DNA of 64,000 nt from Eledone cirrhosa (Eukaryota): NCBI GenBank assembly GCA_964016885.1, contig OZ024749.1, positions 14,074,001 through 14,138,000 of the forward strand, given 5' to 3'. The notes under the pieces were generated by a model. That model was not told the origin of the DNA. It saw only the letters and a program-made list of their open reading frames with translations, and did no database searches. A program made the translations under genes and the position numbers. This document shows, piece after piece, positions 43,025 through 56,516 of this stretch. Position 1 is the first letter of the stretch. Every line of letters begins with the position of its first letter.

Positions 43025-43520
43025 TTCTCTTTCTCTTAATTTCGAGTATATTTTTTTTGACCGGCCACCTTCCTGGTGGCAAGGTTGTAAAAGAAAAGAA
43101 ATTGCCATCCCTTGAATCGCAAGAATGTTTTGCATATTTTGAAGGTGCCAGCTATCGCAGCCATTTGTAGACTATGAATTAGGGAGCTGCGCTTTTTGTC
43201 AGCAAATCCAAGTTCGGTCATACTTTGGTCCAAGCGGGTTGGTATATAACCCGTAGCACCAATAATGATGGGTATGAAGCTAAAGGTGTATCTTGGATAC
43301 TGGATTTGTAAGCTCCTCATCAATGGTCCGTAGATGTCCTCCTTCTCCTGTATCTTTCTGACAATGTTTACATCAAGTGGGCAGCTGATCTCCACAACAG
43401 AACACGTTTTCAATGTGTGGTCCCAAACTACAATATCAGGCCGGTTGTGCTTTAATTTGGTGGCAGTTTTTATTTTCAGGTTCCACCAGTATTCCTTAGT
43501 GCCATCTGTCTCAATATATT
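43025..43520 (-). mobile_element. R4/Dong-clade LINE 3' fragment (restriction-like endonuclease)
   Basis: EYWWNLKIKTATKLKHNRPDIVVWD...VEISCPLD...KEDIYG...PIIIGATG: PD-(D/E)xK RLE domain typical of R4/Dong elements. Confidence 0.85.
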
Positions 43521-43633
43521 CTATGTATGTATATATGTATGTATGTATGTATATATGTATGTATGTATGTATATATATATATGTATGTATGTATATATAT
43601 ATATGTATGTATGTATATATATATATGTATATT

Positions 43634-44560
43634 CCTGGGCGATAAAATCAGCAGTGGGGGAGGGTGCTCTGAAAGTACTGTAGCTAGAGTCAGAACTGGT
43701 TGGAAAAAGTTCAGAGAGCTTATACCACTATTAGCTGCTAAAGGGTTCTCCCTAAAAATGAAAGGCAGGTTGTACGATGCCTGCATACGAACAGCAATGT
43801 TGCATGGCAGTGAGACCTGGGCATTGTGTGCAGAGGATATACGCAGACTAGAGAGGAACGAAGCTTGCATGCTCCGCTGGATGTGTAACAGTAATATACG
43901 TGAACGGCAAAGCATAAACGAACTAAGGAAAAAATTAGAGATAAGAGGGATCAGATGTTGTTTACTCGAGAGAAGGCTACGTTGGTATGGACACGTGATG
44001 CGCATGAAAGTCGATAGCTGTATAACAAAGTGCAGGGCAATAAAGATAGACGGTAGCCACGGAATAGGCAGACCTAGAAAAACCTGGGACGAGCTGATAA
44101 ACTCCGACCTCACACACTTACACCTCTCCAAGACAATGTCACTGGACCGAGACCTTTGGCGGTACTCAGTAACAGAGAAGACCCGCCTTGCCAGTAGGCA
44201 TCTCTAACAAAATACACCCCGTCCCACCACCACCACCCCCACCCCATCCACACCACCCCGTCCTATGTAAAGTTATGTTGGTGCCGCGCCATCCGGGCCG
44301 AAACAAATGAGATCGTGTAGGTGTCACGACAAAAAAACACACAGTCCACGCTGTAATGTGGCCGTGTAGGCAACACGGTAAAAACCTCCCAGACCCACAC
44401 TGTAAATGTGGTTGGTGTTAGGAAGGGCATCCAACTGTAGAAAACCTGCCAGACAGTCCTATGCGAGCAAGACAATCACTCTTGCCTCAAGTGGGACTAC
44501 CCCCGTCCAAACCCATGCAAGCGTGGAACACGGACGTTAAACGTTGATGATGATGATGAT
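43634..44560 (+). mobile_element. 5'-truncated RTE, near-identical to 3878-4945 (-)
   Basis: LGDKISSGGGCSESTVARVRTGWKKF...EKTRL, then 3' UTR and (ATG)n. Confidence 0.92.
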
Positions 44561-45126
44561 GATATGTATGTATATATATATATGTATATATGTATGTATA
44601 TATATATATGTATATATGTATGTATATATATATATATGTATGTATGTATATATATATATGTATATATGTATATATATATGTATGTATGTATATGTATGTA
44701 TATGTATATATATATGTATGTATGTATATGTATATATGCATATGTATATATGTATGTATATGTATATATGTATATGTATGTATGTATATATGTATGTATG
44801 TATATATCTATGTATATGTATATATATATATGTATGTATATATATATATATGTATGTATATATATATATGTATGTGTATGTATATATATATATGTATGTG
44901 TATGTATATATATATATGTATATGTATATATATATATGTATGTATATATATATATGTATATGTATATATATATATGTATGTATATGTATATATATATATG
45001 GTTGTATATGTATATATATATATGGTTGTATATGTATATATATATATGGTTGTATATGTATATATATATATGGATGTGTATATGTATGTATGTATGGATG
45101 TATATATGTATGTATGTATGTATGTG

Positions 45127-45420
45127 ACGCTTTTATAGCGAGCAAAGGCACTGCACAAAGCCAGTCCCACTCTCTTACCCAAGATGATATTTACCAAAAG
45201 GCATTGCTTTATATCTGGAGATCTCTCTGCACTTGTCGTCACATGGTACCATGGGCCCAGCACTATGTGTCAGTAATTGTCACAAGTGTAGTGTCTGTAC
45301 CAGAGTTTTCAAGTCACTGGCTGGACTAAAAAGTCACACTCGTTGAGCACATCAGTAGGGGTACTCCTACATGGATATAAAGTAGTGGCCGTACTCGAAA
45401 ACGAGTTGGCAGCCATCATA
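45127..45420 (+). mobile_element. Non-autonomous LINE-derived element, truncated copy with inverted 5' segment
   Basis: 45200-45420 matches 46585-46800; 45127-45200 is the reverse complement of ~46500-46573. Confidence 0.8.
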
Positions 45421-45448
45421 TATATATGTATGTATATATATATGTATG

Positions 45449-45497
<49 letters not shown>

Positions 45498-45563
45498 ATA
45501 TATTATATGTATAAGTTAAAACAATGAAATAAAAAAAATCAAATCATTAGAGATATACTTCAC

Positions 45564-45696
45564 TGCTTTACGATCGTTTCTAGATGATGATATGTTGTAG
45601 CTATACTCCGTTATTGAACTATGTAACATTAGTTACAAACTATCAGATAAAGAGAATAATTAGTTGCATGCATATCACCAGCTGTTTTCAAAAGCA
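45564..45696 (-). ncRNA. Type I hammerhead, U3-A8 core variant, ~104-nt extended stem II
   Basis: Reverse complement: TGCTT-TTGAAAA-cagcTGGTGATATG...CATATCATCAtcta-GAAAC-gatc-GTA-AAGCA. Confidence 0.68.
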
Positions 45697-46439
45697 ATAA
45701 TAATATATTATATGTATGTATATATACATGTGTATATATATGTATATATACATGTGTATATATATGTATATATACATGTGTATATATATGTATATATACA
45801 TGTGTATATGTATGTATATATACATGTGTATATGTATGTATATATACATGTGTATATGTATGTATATATATATATATATATATATGTATTGTCAACAATA
45901 TCTTTTACAATTGCATTCTTTTTTCTATGTCCATACCTGCATTGTTTTGGCTTTATTACACATATTCAAACATATGTATGTATATATATATATATGTATG
46001 TATATATATATATATATGTATGTATATATATATGTATGTATGTATATATATATATATGTATGTATATATATATATATATGTATGTATATATATATGTATG
46101 TATGTATATATATATTTTATGTATGTATGTATGTATATATATATTTTATGTATGTATGTATGTATATATATATTTTATGTATGTATATATGTATATATAT
46201 ATTTTATGTATGTATATATGTATATATGTGTATATATATTTTATGTATGTATATATATATATGTATGTGTATATATATTTTATGTATGTATATACATATA
46301 TATATGTATGTGTATATATATTTTATGTATGTATATATATATATATATGTATGTATATATATATTTTATGTATGTATATATATATTTTATGTATGTATAT
46401 ATACATATGTATATGTATGTATATATGTATGTATATATA

Positions 46440-46800
46440 GGAAAACTCTGATATAACACCTGCAACCCTGATGGTATCCAATTATGTTGACTTGTTCTTC
46501 TTTTTGGTAAATATCATCTTGGTTAAGATAGTGGGACTGGCTTTGTGCAGTGCCTTTGCTCACTATAAAAGCTTCACGGCACAGGCATTGCTTTATATCT
46601 GGAGATCTCTCTGCACTTGTCATCACGTGGTACCATGGGCCCAGCACTATGTGTCAATAATTGTCACAAGTGTAGCGTTTGTACCAGAGTTTTCAAGTCG
46701 CTGGCTGGACTAAAAAGTCACACTTGTTCACGCATCGGTAGGGGTTCTCCTACATGAATATAAAGTAGTGGCCGTACTCGAAAACGAGTTGGCAGCCACC
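46440..46800 (+). mobile_element. Non-autonomous LINE-derived element (RTE-like) with C2H2 remnant
   Basis: Encodes [17 protein letters not shown] near its 3' end; terminal CTCGAAAACGAG hairpin; three copies in the window. Confidence 0.7.
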
Positions 46801-46999
46801 ATATATATATTTGTATGTATATATGTATATATACATATATACATACATATATATACATACACATATAGACATACATACATATATATATATATATATGTAT
46901 ATATATACACATATATATATATATATATGTATATATATACACATACATATACATATATACATAAATATAATATATATACACATATATATATATATATAC

Positions 47000-47330
47000 A
47001 AGGCACATGGCTTAGTGGTTAGAGCATTGGCCTTGCAATCGAAAGGTTGTGAGTTCAATTCTCAGACCGGGTGATGTGTTGTTTCCTTGAGCAAGACACT
47101 TTATTTCACATTGCTCCAGTTTACTCAGCTGTAGAAATGAGATGATAGGGACTGGGGTCCCTATCATTCCACTGCAAAGTGGTCGTGGAGGTGCCACGGC
47201 AAAAAAGCACCCAGCACTCACTGTAAATGAGGTTGGTGTTAGGAAGGGCATCCAGCTGTAGAAATCAAGCCAAAATCAGTTCCCGTCCCACCCTTGCAAG
47301 CAGGGAAAAGTGGACGTAAAATGAAATGAT
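47000..47330 (+). mobile_element. CORE-like SINE family B, full length
   Basis: As at 33593-33918. Confidence 0.88.
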
Positions 47331-47663
47331 GATATACATAAATATAATATATATATATATATATATATACATATACACATGTATATATACATACATATAA
47401 TATATACATATAGATATATATATATACATATACAATGTATATATACATACATATAATATATATATACATACATACATATATATGTATACATATACACACA
47501 TGTATATATACATACATATAATATATATATACGTACATACATACATATATATATATATACGTACATACATACATATATATATATATACATACATATACAC
47601 ATGTATATATACATACATATATATGTGTGTGTATATATATATACATATGTGTGTGTGTGTGTG

Positions 47664-47741
<78 letters not shown>

Positions 47742-47772
47742 AAAAGAGTCAGGTCACGGACGGTTGAGCTCG

Positions 47773-47891
47773 TTTATATAATGCTATACGGTATATATAT
47801 ATATATATATATACACACCATATTTATATAATGTTATACAGTATATATATATATATATATATACACACCATATTTATATAATGTTATACGG

Positions 47892-47922
<31 letters not shown>

Positions 47923-48210
47923 CATATTTATATAATGTTATACAGTATATATATATATATATTTACCTACACAGTATATTTATATAATGTTATAAGGTAT
48001 ATATATATATATATTTACCTACACAGTATATTTATATAATGTTATACAGTATATATATATATATATTTACCTACACAGTATATTTATATAATGTTATACA
48101 GTATATATATATATATATTTACCTACACAGTATATTTATATAATGTTATACAGTATATATATATATATATTTACCTACACAGTATATTTATATAATGTTA
48201 TACAGTATAT
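47773..48210. repeat. ~52-58-bp tandem repeat with variable (TA)n
   Basis: Unit TATTTATATAATGTTATACAG(TA)nTTTACCTACACAG, about 8 copies. Confidence 0.85.
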
Positions 48211-48674
48211 AAATGTTACAATTTTTTTTTAAATTCCATTCAAGAACCAGAAAATATCTTTGTTTTAATTCACAGATCTAAAAGTATAAATCCCTGGATA
48301 TAAGGAGAAATGCATGATACTTTCATCATAGAACAAACCCTTGTTTTTCTCTTAAACCTTTATTTTCAGAACCCATTCTTCCTTTCAGTTGGCTTTTCAT
48401 CCTGCCTGCTGCATGTTTCTTCTTGAAAATTTTCTGTCCAATTTTTTTTCTGATTACCAAATTCCATTTCATTTTTGTTGTAGTTCTCTTTTTCCTTTTT
48501 TCTATTTTTCTTTTTGGTGTGCGTGTATTTCTATTTTTATTTTTCTTGTTGGTGATAATTTATATATCCTATATAATATGTATAATATTTCATCTTTAAG
48601 CATCAACCTCAGAAGCCTAGCCTTTGTAAACTGAATATATATATATATATACTTATATAAATATATATATACTT

Positions 48675-48967
48675 ATATAAATTTAAATAATATTTAAAGC
48701 TATACAATGCTTTAGAAAATTAAAGGTGCCATGATAACAATAGAATTTTACCTTAGCAAATTTAATTATCCCAAATATTTTTGGGTTTAAAAACCCATTA
48801 TCAAGGGAGTATTCCTGTGAAGGTCTTAAAGGATCGGTCAGAGATGAGTTGTGGTTAGGAAGTCAGATTTGGGTTAGTTAAATTTGGTAAGGTAAAATTC
48901 CATCATTACCTTGGCACCTTTAATTGTCTTATGCATTGTATAGCTTTTGAAATTATTTAAATTTATA
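48675..48967. repeat. Diverged palindromic element (~100-bp arms) with degenerate hammerhead-like motif (48769-48808, -)
   Basis: AAAGCTATACAATGC..AATTAAAGGTGCCA / TGGCACCTTTAATT..GCATTGTATAGCTTT; - strand TCCC-TTGATAA-tgggttt..aaaccca-AAAA-tattt-GGGA. Confidence 0.72.
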
Positions 48968-49008
48968 TTTTCTATTCAACAATGCTTCTAGTAAACTACA
49001 ACACTCTG

Positions 49009-49076
<68 letters not shown>

Positions 49077-49510
49077 GATGACGAGGGACCGTGACGAGTG
49101 GAGAGATGCTGTGCTGAATAAGACCCGTCCCACCCTTGCAAGCAGGGAAAAGCGGACGTAAAATGATGATGATATATATATATATATAAGGCTAACATTA
49201 TACATCTTTCTATTTATCTATCTAAGTATGTCTGATTAAACCTCTTACTGTCTCTCCCTCTTCCAAATATATAATACTATTTTATATTCAGTAACTTGAA
49301 TATACTATTTATAAATAACAATGATATTTACTATCAGTTAGTCTATACTGATGACACACAAAGGTGAAGAAATAGTCTGCTTATAGATATAAAGGAATTA
49401 TGAAATAAAATTGTATAGACAAAAGGGATATTGAAATATTTGAACATTGAAATATTTGAACAATATTACATGCTGGCTGATGATACTTTTTGACACCTAT
49501 ATATACTATC

Positions 49511-49580
<70 letters not shown>

Positions 49581-49581
<1 letters not shown>

Positions 49582-50169
49582 GGTGGCTGCCAACTCGTTT
49601 TCGAGTACGGCCACTACTTTATATCCATGTAGGAGAACTCCTACCGATGCGTTGAACGAGTGTGACTTTTTAGTCCAGCCAGCGACTTGAAAACTCTGGT
49701 ACAAACACAACACTTGTGACAATTATTGACACATAGTGCTGGGCCCATGGCACCATGTGACGACAAGTGCAGAGAGATCTCCAGATATAAAGCAATGCCT
49801 GTGCTGTGAAGCTTTTATAGTGAGCAAAGGCACTGCACAAAGCCAGTCCCACTTTCTTAACCAAGATGATATTTACCAAAAAGAAGAACAAGTCAACATC
49901 ATTGGATACCATCAGGGTTGCGGGTGTTATATCAGAGTTTTCCTTATCCTAGAATTCTGCCTTGACAAAGGTTAAAGGGTCATCTCTCCCGGAGATTTTG
50001 GATGGCCATTGATTCTTAAGAGTTCCTTTGCCCTTTGACAGGTTCTGTTTTTAGTCCTGCAGGATGTCCAAAGTCACACTCCTCACCAAGAAACCTTGGT
50101 GGGGTTGCCAGTTTAGTCGCCAATGACCCGACCATGAGACAGATTGTACTGGGATACATATTACCAGTG
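49581..50169 (-). mobile_element. Longest copy (~590 bp) of the non-autonomous RTE-like element
   Basis: Reverse complement contains 46440-46800 plus ~230 bp more 5' sequence; (TA)n on both sides. Confidence 0.75.
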
Positions 50170-50609
50170 TATATATATATATATATATATACATACATAT
50201 ATATACACACACACACACATCACATATATATACATATATGGGTGTATGTGTGGGTGTGAAGATATACAAACAATTATTCCAAATAATATACGAAGAGATA
50301 ATTTTTCCAAAAATGTATAAGAATGAAACTTTCAAAATAAAATATAATTTTCTTGATAATTTTAATATTTCAAACGTTTCATGTTTTCAGATGGATTTTT
50401 TTTTTTTCTGTCAGTTTGCGGCAGTGGAAAATTACATCATCTTCATTGCTTTTACTGTCTGTTCATCTATCTATCTGTCTATCTATCTATGTCTTTATAT
50501 ATATATATATCCATAACACACTCTGTATATAACTCTCTTTCTCCAACTTCCTGTCTCCTTTTCTCTAACTCTTTCTCTCTCTCTATCTCTCGCTCTCAGT
50601 ATGTATAAA

Positions 50610-50660
<51 letters not shown>

Positions 50661-50665
<5 letters not shown>

Positions 50666-52083
50666 AACTAATTAGAGAAAGGGTCAAACTAGATGAGATG
50701 CAGTTTGGTTTTGTGCCTGGGAAGAGTACAACAGATGCCCTCTTCTTGGTGAGACAAATGCAAGAGAGGTTCTTAGAGAAGAATAAGCCACTATACTTAG
50801 CCTTTGTTGACCTAGAGAAGGCCTTTGATAGGGTACCCCGATCTGTCATCTGGTGGTCCCTAAGGAAGCTAGGTGTTGAGGAATGGCTTGTGAGGACAGT
50901 GCAAACTTTGTACAGAGGTATTCTCAGTAAAGTCAGGGTAGGAATGGAGTTTAGTGAGGAATTCCAGATACAAGTAGGAGTACATCAGGGTTCGGTCCTC
51001 AGCCTGCTCTTGTTCATTATAGTCCTCCAAGCCATAACAGAGGAGTTTAAGACTGGCTGTCCATGGGAACTTCTCTATGCTGACGATCTGGCTCTTATAG
51101 CAGAATCAGTAGAGGAGCTAGAGAATAAATTCTGGCTATGGAAACAGCAGTTGGAAGCAAGAGGACTGAGAGTAAATCTAGCTAAGACAAAAGTGTTGAT
51201 GAGTAGAAAAGAGGACAAAACCCTGATTCCGTCAGGGAAATGGCCATGTTCGATATGCAGAAAAGGAACTGGCATAAATTCTATAAAATGCACACAATTC
51301 AGGTCCTGGGTTCACAAGAGATGTAGCGGGATAGCAGGCAAACTAACAGGTAGGGAGATATATGTATGCAGTAGATGTACAGGGAAATTAGACAGTAGAA
51401 GTCGCACTGATAGACACATTTTTCAAATGCGAGAGGGCGCTATAGAAGTGGTGGATAGCTTCCGGTACCTAGGAGATCAGATTAGCATGGGAGGAGGGTG
51501 TTCCGAGGCCATAGTATCTAGAATAAGGATGGGTTGGAAGAAGTTTAGGGAGCTGCTTCCTCTGTTGACGAAGAAGGGTTTCTCCCTGCGTACGAAAGGC
51601 CGGTTGTATGATGCCTGTGTGAGGAGTGCGATGTTGCATGGTAGTGAGACATGGGCAGCAACCACAGAGGATATGCGATGGCTGGAGAGAAATGAGGCAA
51701 GCATGCTCCGTTGGATGTGCAGTGTAAATGTGCGTGAACGACCCAACATAAATGTGTTGAGAGAGAAACTGTGTCTGAGAGGGATAGAATGTAGTGTACA
51801 GGAGAGGAGACTGAGGTGGTATGGACATGTGATGCGCATGGAGGATGACCAATGGGTGAAGAAGTGCCAGGAAATGCCAGTTGAAGGAAGACATGGTAGA
51901 GGTAGACCACGAAAAACATGGGCGGAGGTGGTGAGAACAGACCTCAGATCATTGAAGCTCACGGTGGAGATGACGAGGGACCGTGACGAGTGGAGAGATG
52001 CTGTGCTGAATAAGACCCGTCCCACCCTTGCAAGCAGGGAAAAGCGGACGTAAAATGATGATGATGATGAATGATGATGATGA
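50661..52083 (+). mobile_element. 5'-truncated RTE LINE, RT region (open frame to 52053)
   Basis: QFGF, FVDLEKAFDRV, GVHQGS, LLYADD; stop directly before the (ATG)n tail. Confidence 0.95.
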
Positions 52084-52254
52084 TATATATATATATACTT
52101 ATTTCTGTAATATAAGTCACTACGTGTTAATATGTGGTGGTCGGAGGGGGAGTAGCAAGTGTGTGCTTATATAATGTCAGTGCTGGTTGAGATATTTTTC
52201 TATTTTGTGCCATGCTTCTAGAGCCAAATGTCCTTCCTATGTCTATACCTGCTG

Positions 52255-52812
52255 ACTACTGTTGGGTGACTACTGTTGGGTGACTACTGTTGGGTGACTA
52301 CTGTTGGGTGACCACTGTTGGTTGACCACTGTTGGGTGACCACTGTTTGGTGACCACTGTTGGGTGACCACTGCTCAGTGACCTCTGTTGAGTGACCACT
52401 GTTCAGTGACCTCTGTTGAGTGGCCTCTGTTGGGTGACCACTGTTGGGTGACCTCTGTTGAGTGGCATCTGTTGAGTGGCCTCTGTTGGGTGACCTCTGT
52501 TGGGTGACCTCTGTTGAGTGACCACTGTTGGGTGACCTCTGTTGAGTGACCACTGTTCAGTGACCACTGTTGACCACTGTTGACCACTGTTCAGTGACCG
52601 CTGTTGAGTGACTGCTGTTGAATGGCCTCTGTTGGGTGACCACTGTTGGGTGACCACTGTTGGGTGACCACTGTTGGGTGACCACTGTTGGGTGACCTCT
52701 GTTGAGTGACCACTGTTGAGTGACCTCTGTTGAGTGACCACTGTTGAGTGACCACTGTTGGGTTACCACTGTTGGGTGACCTCTGTTGAGTGACCACTGT
52801 TCAGTGACCACT
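52255..52812. repeat. 14-bp minisatellite (GTGACCWCTGTTGR)
   Basis: Direct inspection, about 40 units. Confidence 0.92.
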
Positions 52813-53520
52813 ATCTGTGACTAATCCCGGTTTTTTTCATAAAAACTGTGATAATTATTGCTATTTTGCTGAACTCCTTGTAGAGTTTTTTTTCAGAATG
52901 TATTTGACTGCTATTTCTTGTAAATAAACATTCACTTCCATCCTGACGTCACTAGCCCCGTTTTTTCCTCATGTGCTTTTTCATAAATACACATGAAGGC
53001 GAACTAGCCAGTTTTAGAATTCCCTTTTTCGGACTATATTACTGTGAGAGCCCTGGTTTTCTGTTGAGCTCTGCTGATGAATGATATTCCAACCGTGACC
53101 ATCTCCACTGAAAGTTTTCATGAAATAGTCTTTTAAGACTATACAGAGCATTTGATGTTATTCCAAATTGAAGGATAAGTGTTTCAGACTTTGTTTTATC
53201 ATGAGTTAAAGGTCTATAGATTTTTCCATGGATTTTACTAAATTCTGTGGATGAATTTGTATCCTGATTCTCTTTTGAGATGAGTTTGAGTTATTTTTCC
53301 TAAATCTTTCGTTAACTACTTTTCCCATCTTGACGTTATAGTCGCATATATGTTATAGAATGCCGTTAGCTTCTTGCTAAAACAATCTCTATACGTCTCA
53401 TTTATATATATATATATATATATATAGGGAATGTAACGTCCAGCTACTGTAGGTTCACGAGAACGAGCTCTCAACGCACATTTTCCAGTAAGTATAGAGG
53501 TGTAGAATTAAGCAGAGTGT

Positions 53521-53760
53521 AATAATAATAAAAAAGGACAATGTGTTATGTCTTCATTACGTTTATTGAGTAGTGACACGTGTTTTGCTATTGATCAGCT
53601 CAAGATGTGATCTATATCGATCTAGCCCGACTCTGGAATCAAAAGCTCGTCGGACCTCTGCTGTGGTAATGACAGAATTCTGATCAATAGCGAAACGTGT
53701 GTCACTACTCAGTAAACGTAATGAAGACATAACAAATCGTCATTTTTTATTATTATTATT
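53521..53760. repeat. Palindromic element related to 9057-9873; degenerate extended-stem-II hammerhead at 53572-53656 (-)
   Basis: Arms 53521-53598 and 53680-53760; - strand CCGACGA-gct...agc-AAAAC-acgt-GTC; + arm GAAAC-gtgt-GTC. Confidence 0.78.
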
Positions 53761-54039
53761 ATTATTATAATGCACTGGGTAATTGCTGGCCTTGTGCCAA
53801 ATGTAGAAACAATTATTATTATATATGACCTCAGCCGGATGGCTGAAACAGGTAAAAGAGAGGTAAAAGAGTACACATTTAAATTTGGTTGTTCACCACT
53901 GGGTAGAATTGATCATTCTGCAATGTTAACCATGACACAAAATGAGAAAAGCACTCGACATAATGCAACTCATCCATCTTTGATGCTGAATCGTGTTGAT
54001 GGTGTGAGAACGAAGTAAATGTATTATATATATTATATA

Positions 54040-54740
54040 TATATATAGTAAGGGATTAACCAAACAGGGATGTGTGGACCATATAATGGTCTGTCAGTTG
54101 TGATGTTACATCTTCAGGTGTAAATTGCATAATAGATATATATAGCAACAGAATGATGGAAACAAGCAAAGAAAAATCATAGAAGAAAACAAATGTGTTT
54201 ATGCTTTTGACCCAGAGATGAACAAAGCAACATGTTGGTATACATCTATTATGCAATTTACACCTGAAGATGTCACCGGATTCTTGCGCAACCTGGCCAC
54301 TGAAATGTGCACAGTGTTTGCAGAAATAAATAATTAAGGAAATTCAACATATTTGGCCTCTTGTCATTTCACTTTATAATATATATATAAAATCCAAGGC
54401 CATATTCATTAGGTTTAGGTTTATTTAAAATCTGTTTTATATATTTCTTTGAGGACTATCAGTTATGACAGCCTGAGCTTCTCAGACAGTAAACCTATAA
54501 AACAATAGGTTTACTGTCTCAGAAGCTCAGGCTGTCATAACTGATAGTGCTCAGTGAAATATATAAAATGGAATTTAAATAAACCTAAACCTAATGAATA
54601 TGGCCTTGAACTGTTTATTGATATATAATTCTTCAGCTTGCACCTTTATATAGGTTGTTGAGTGCTTCCTTTTACTACATCACAACCGACAGACCATTAT
54701 ATGGTCCACACATCCCTGTTTGGTTAATCTCTTACTATAA
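54040..54740. repeat. Nested palindromes: outer arms 54040-54106/54677-54740 enclosing hairpins 54108-54273 and 54396-54607
   Basis: Three independent reverse-complement arm pairs read directly. Confidence 0.85.
54260..54317 (+). ncRNA. Hammerhead motif with one core substitution (U16.1 to C)
   Basis: ACAC-CTGAAGA-tgtcaccgg...ctggccact-GAAAT-gtgc-ACA-GTGT. Confidence 0.55.
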
Positions 54741-54742
54741 TG

Positions 54743-54779
<37 letters not shown>

Positions 54780-54782
54780 GAC

Positions 54783-55030
54783 GTGTTGTTTCCTTGAGCA
54801 AGACACTTTATTTCACATTGCTGCAGTTTACTCAGCTGTAGAAATGAGATGATAGGGACTGGGGTCCCTATCATTCCACTGCAAAGTGGTCGTGGAGGTG
54901 CCACGGAAAAAAACCACCCAGCACTCACTGTAAATGAGGTTGGTGTTAGGAAGGGCATCCAGCTGTAGAAATCAAGCCAGAATCAGTACCCATCAAGCAG
55001 GGAAAAGCGGACGTAAAATGATGATGATGA
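54783..55030 (+). mobile_element. CORE-like SINE family B, 5'-truncated; further copies at 55060-55260 and 58590-58891
   Basis: Core and RTE tail match other copies. Confidence 0.82.
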
Positions 55031-55777
55031 TTATATATTTATATATATATATATAAAGTGAAAGTGCATGGCTAAGTAGTTAGTGTTGGGCTTGCTGACG
55101 TGAGGTTGTGATTTCAATTCCCAGACCAGGCAATGCTTTGTGTCCTTGAGCAAGACACTTTATTTCATGCTTCTCCAGTTTACTGAGCTGTAGAAATGAG
55201 TTGCGATGTCACTGGTGCCAACCTATGCCATCAGTGATGTGGAGAGAGGAGACTAATATGCATGGGCCACAATACAATGGTGGTGTCCCCTTTGATTATG
55301 CAGCAGGTGTGGGTTCAAGTCACATGGGTAGCATTTTTTTTCTTTATCCCGGGGTTTATACTCCCAACTTGACTATTTTCATAGTCAAAAATGTTCGTTG
55401 AAGCTGTTAGCATAACAATTTGAAATTTATAACTCACATAGTAGTTCTAAAATTAGATTATATATGTATGTGGTATATGAATATGTATATACATAAGAAT
55501 ATATGTATATACATAAGAATATGTATGTATGTGTATATGTATATACATATGTATGTATATGTATGTGTGTATTTGTTTCTACATAAGTGTGTATGCATAT
55601 GTATGCTTATATATATGTATACTTATATATATTTATATATATATATATGTATGTATGCACATGTATGTATATACATATGTATTATCTATATATTTATTAA
55701 AATATAGAAGTGTTGTACATAATATGAATTATTGGATTAAATGAGACGTTTTAACAACCAAATTCTATATAAAGGGA

Positions 55778-56516
55778 GAACAACAACAGTAGCAACAACA
55801 TAGAACAGTAACAACTACAACAGCAACAACTACAACAGCAACATCTACAATAGCAATAACAACAACAGTAACCTAACAGCAGCAAGAACAACAAAAACTA
55901 CAACAACAGTAGCAATAACAACTACACTCAGCAACAACAATGACAAAAACTACAACAGCAACAACTACATCAACAATAACAACAACAGCAGCAACCAACA
56001 ACAATAACAACGACTATAACAACAACAGTAACAACAAAACAAACTACAACAGTAACAACAACAGTAACGACAACAACAGCAGTGACAACAACAGTAGCAA
56101 CAACAGTAGCAACAACAGTAGCAACAACAGTAGCAACAACAGTAGCAACAACAGTAACAACAACAGTAGCAACAACAGTAGCAACAACAGTAGCAACAAC
56201 AACAGAAGCAACAATAGTAGCAACAACAGTAGCAACAACAACAGTAGCAGCAGCAACAACAGTAACAACAACAGTAGCAGCAGCAACAACAGTAACAACA
56301 GTAGCAGCAGCAACAACAGTAACAACAGTAGCAGCAACAGTAGCAACAACAGTAGCAACAACAACAGTAACAACAATAGTAGCAACAACAGTAGCAACAA
56401 CAACAGTAACAACAATAGTAGCAACAACAACAGTAACAGCAGCAACAACAGTAACAACAACAGTAGCAGCAACAGCAGCAGCAACACAACAGTAACAACA
56501 ACAGCAACAACAGCAA
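55778..56516. repeat. (CAA)/(CAG)/(TAG) trinucleotide repeat
   Basis: Direct inspection. Confidence 0.9.

Noticed and set aside
53074-53120. CTGATGA followed by GAAA
   Set aside because: No stem I or stem III complementarity; likewise CTGATGA at ~29069 inside the piggyBac-type remnant.
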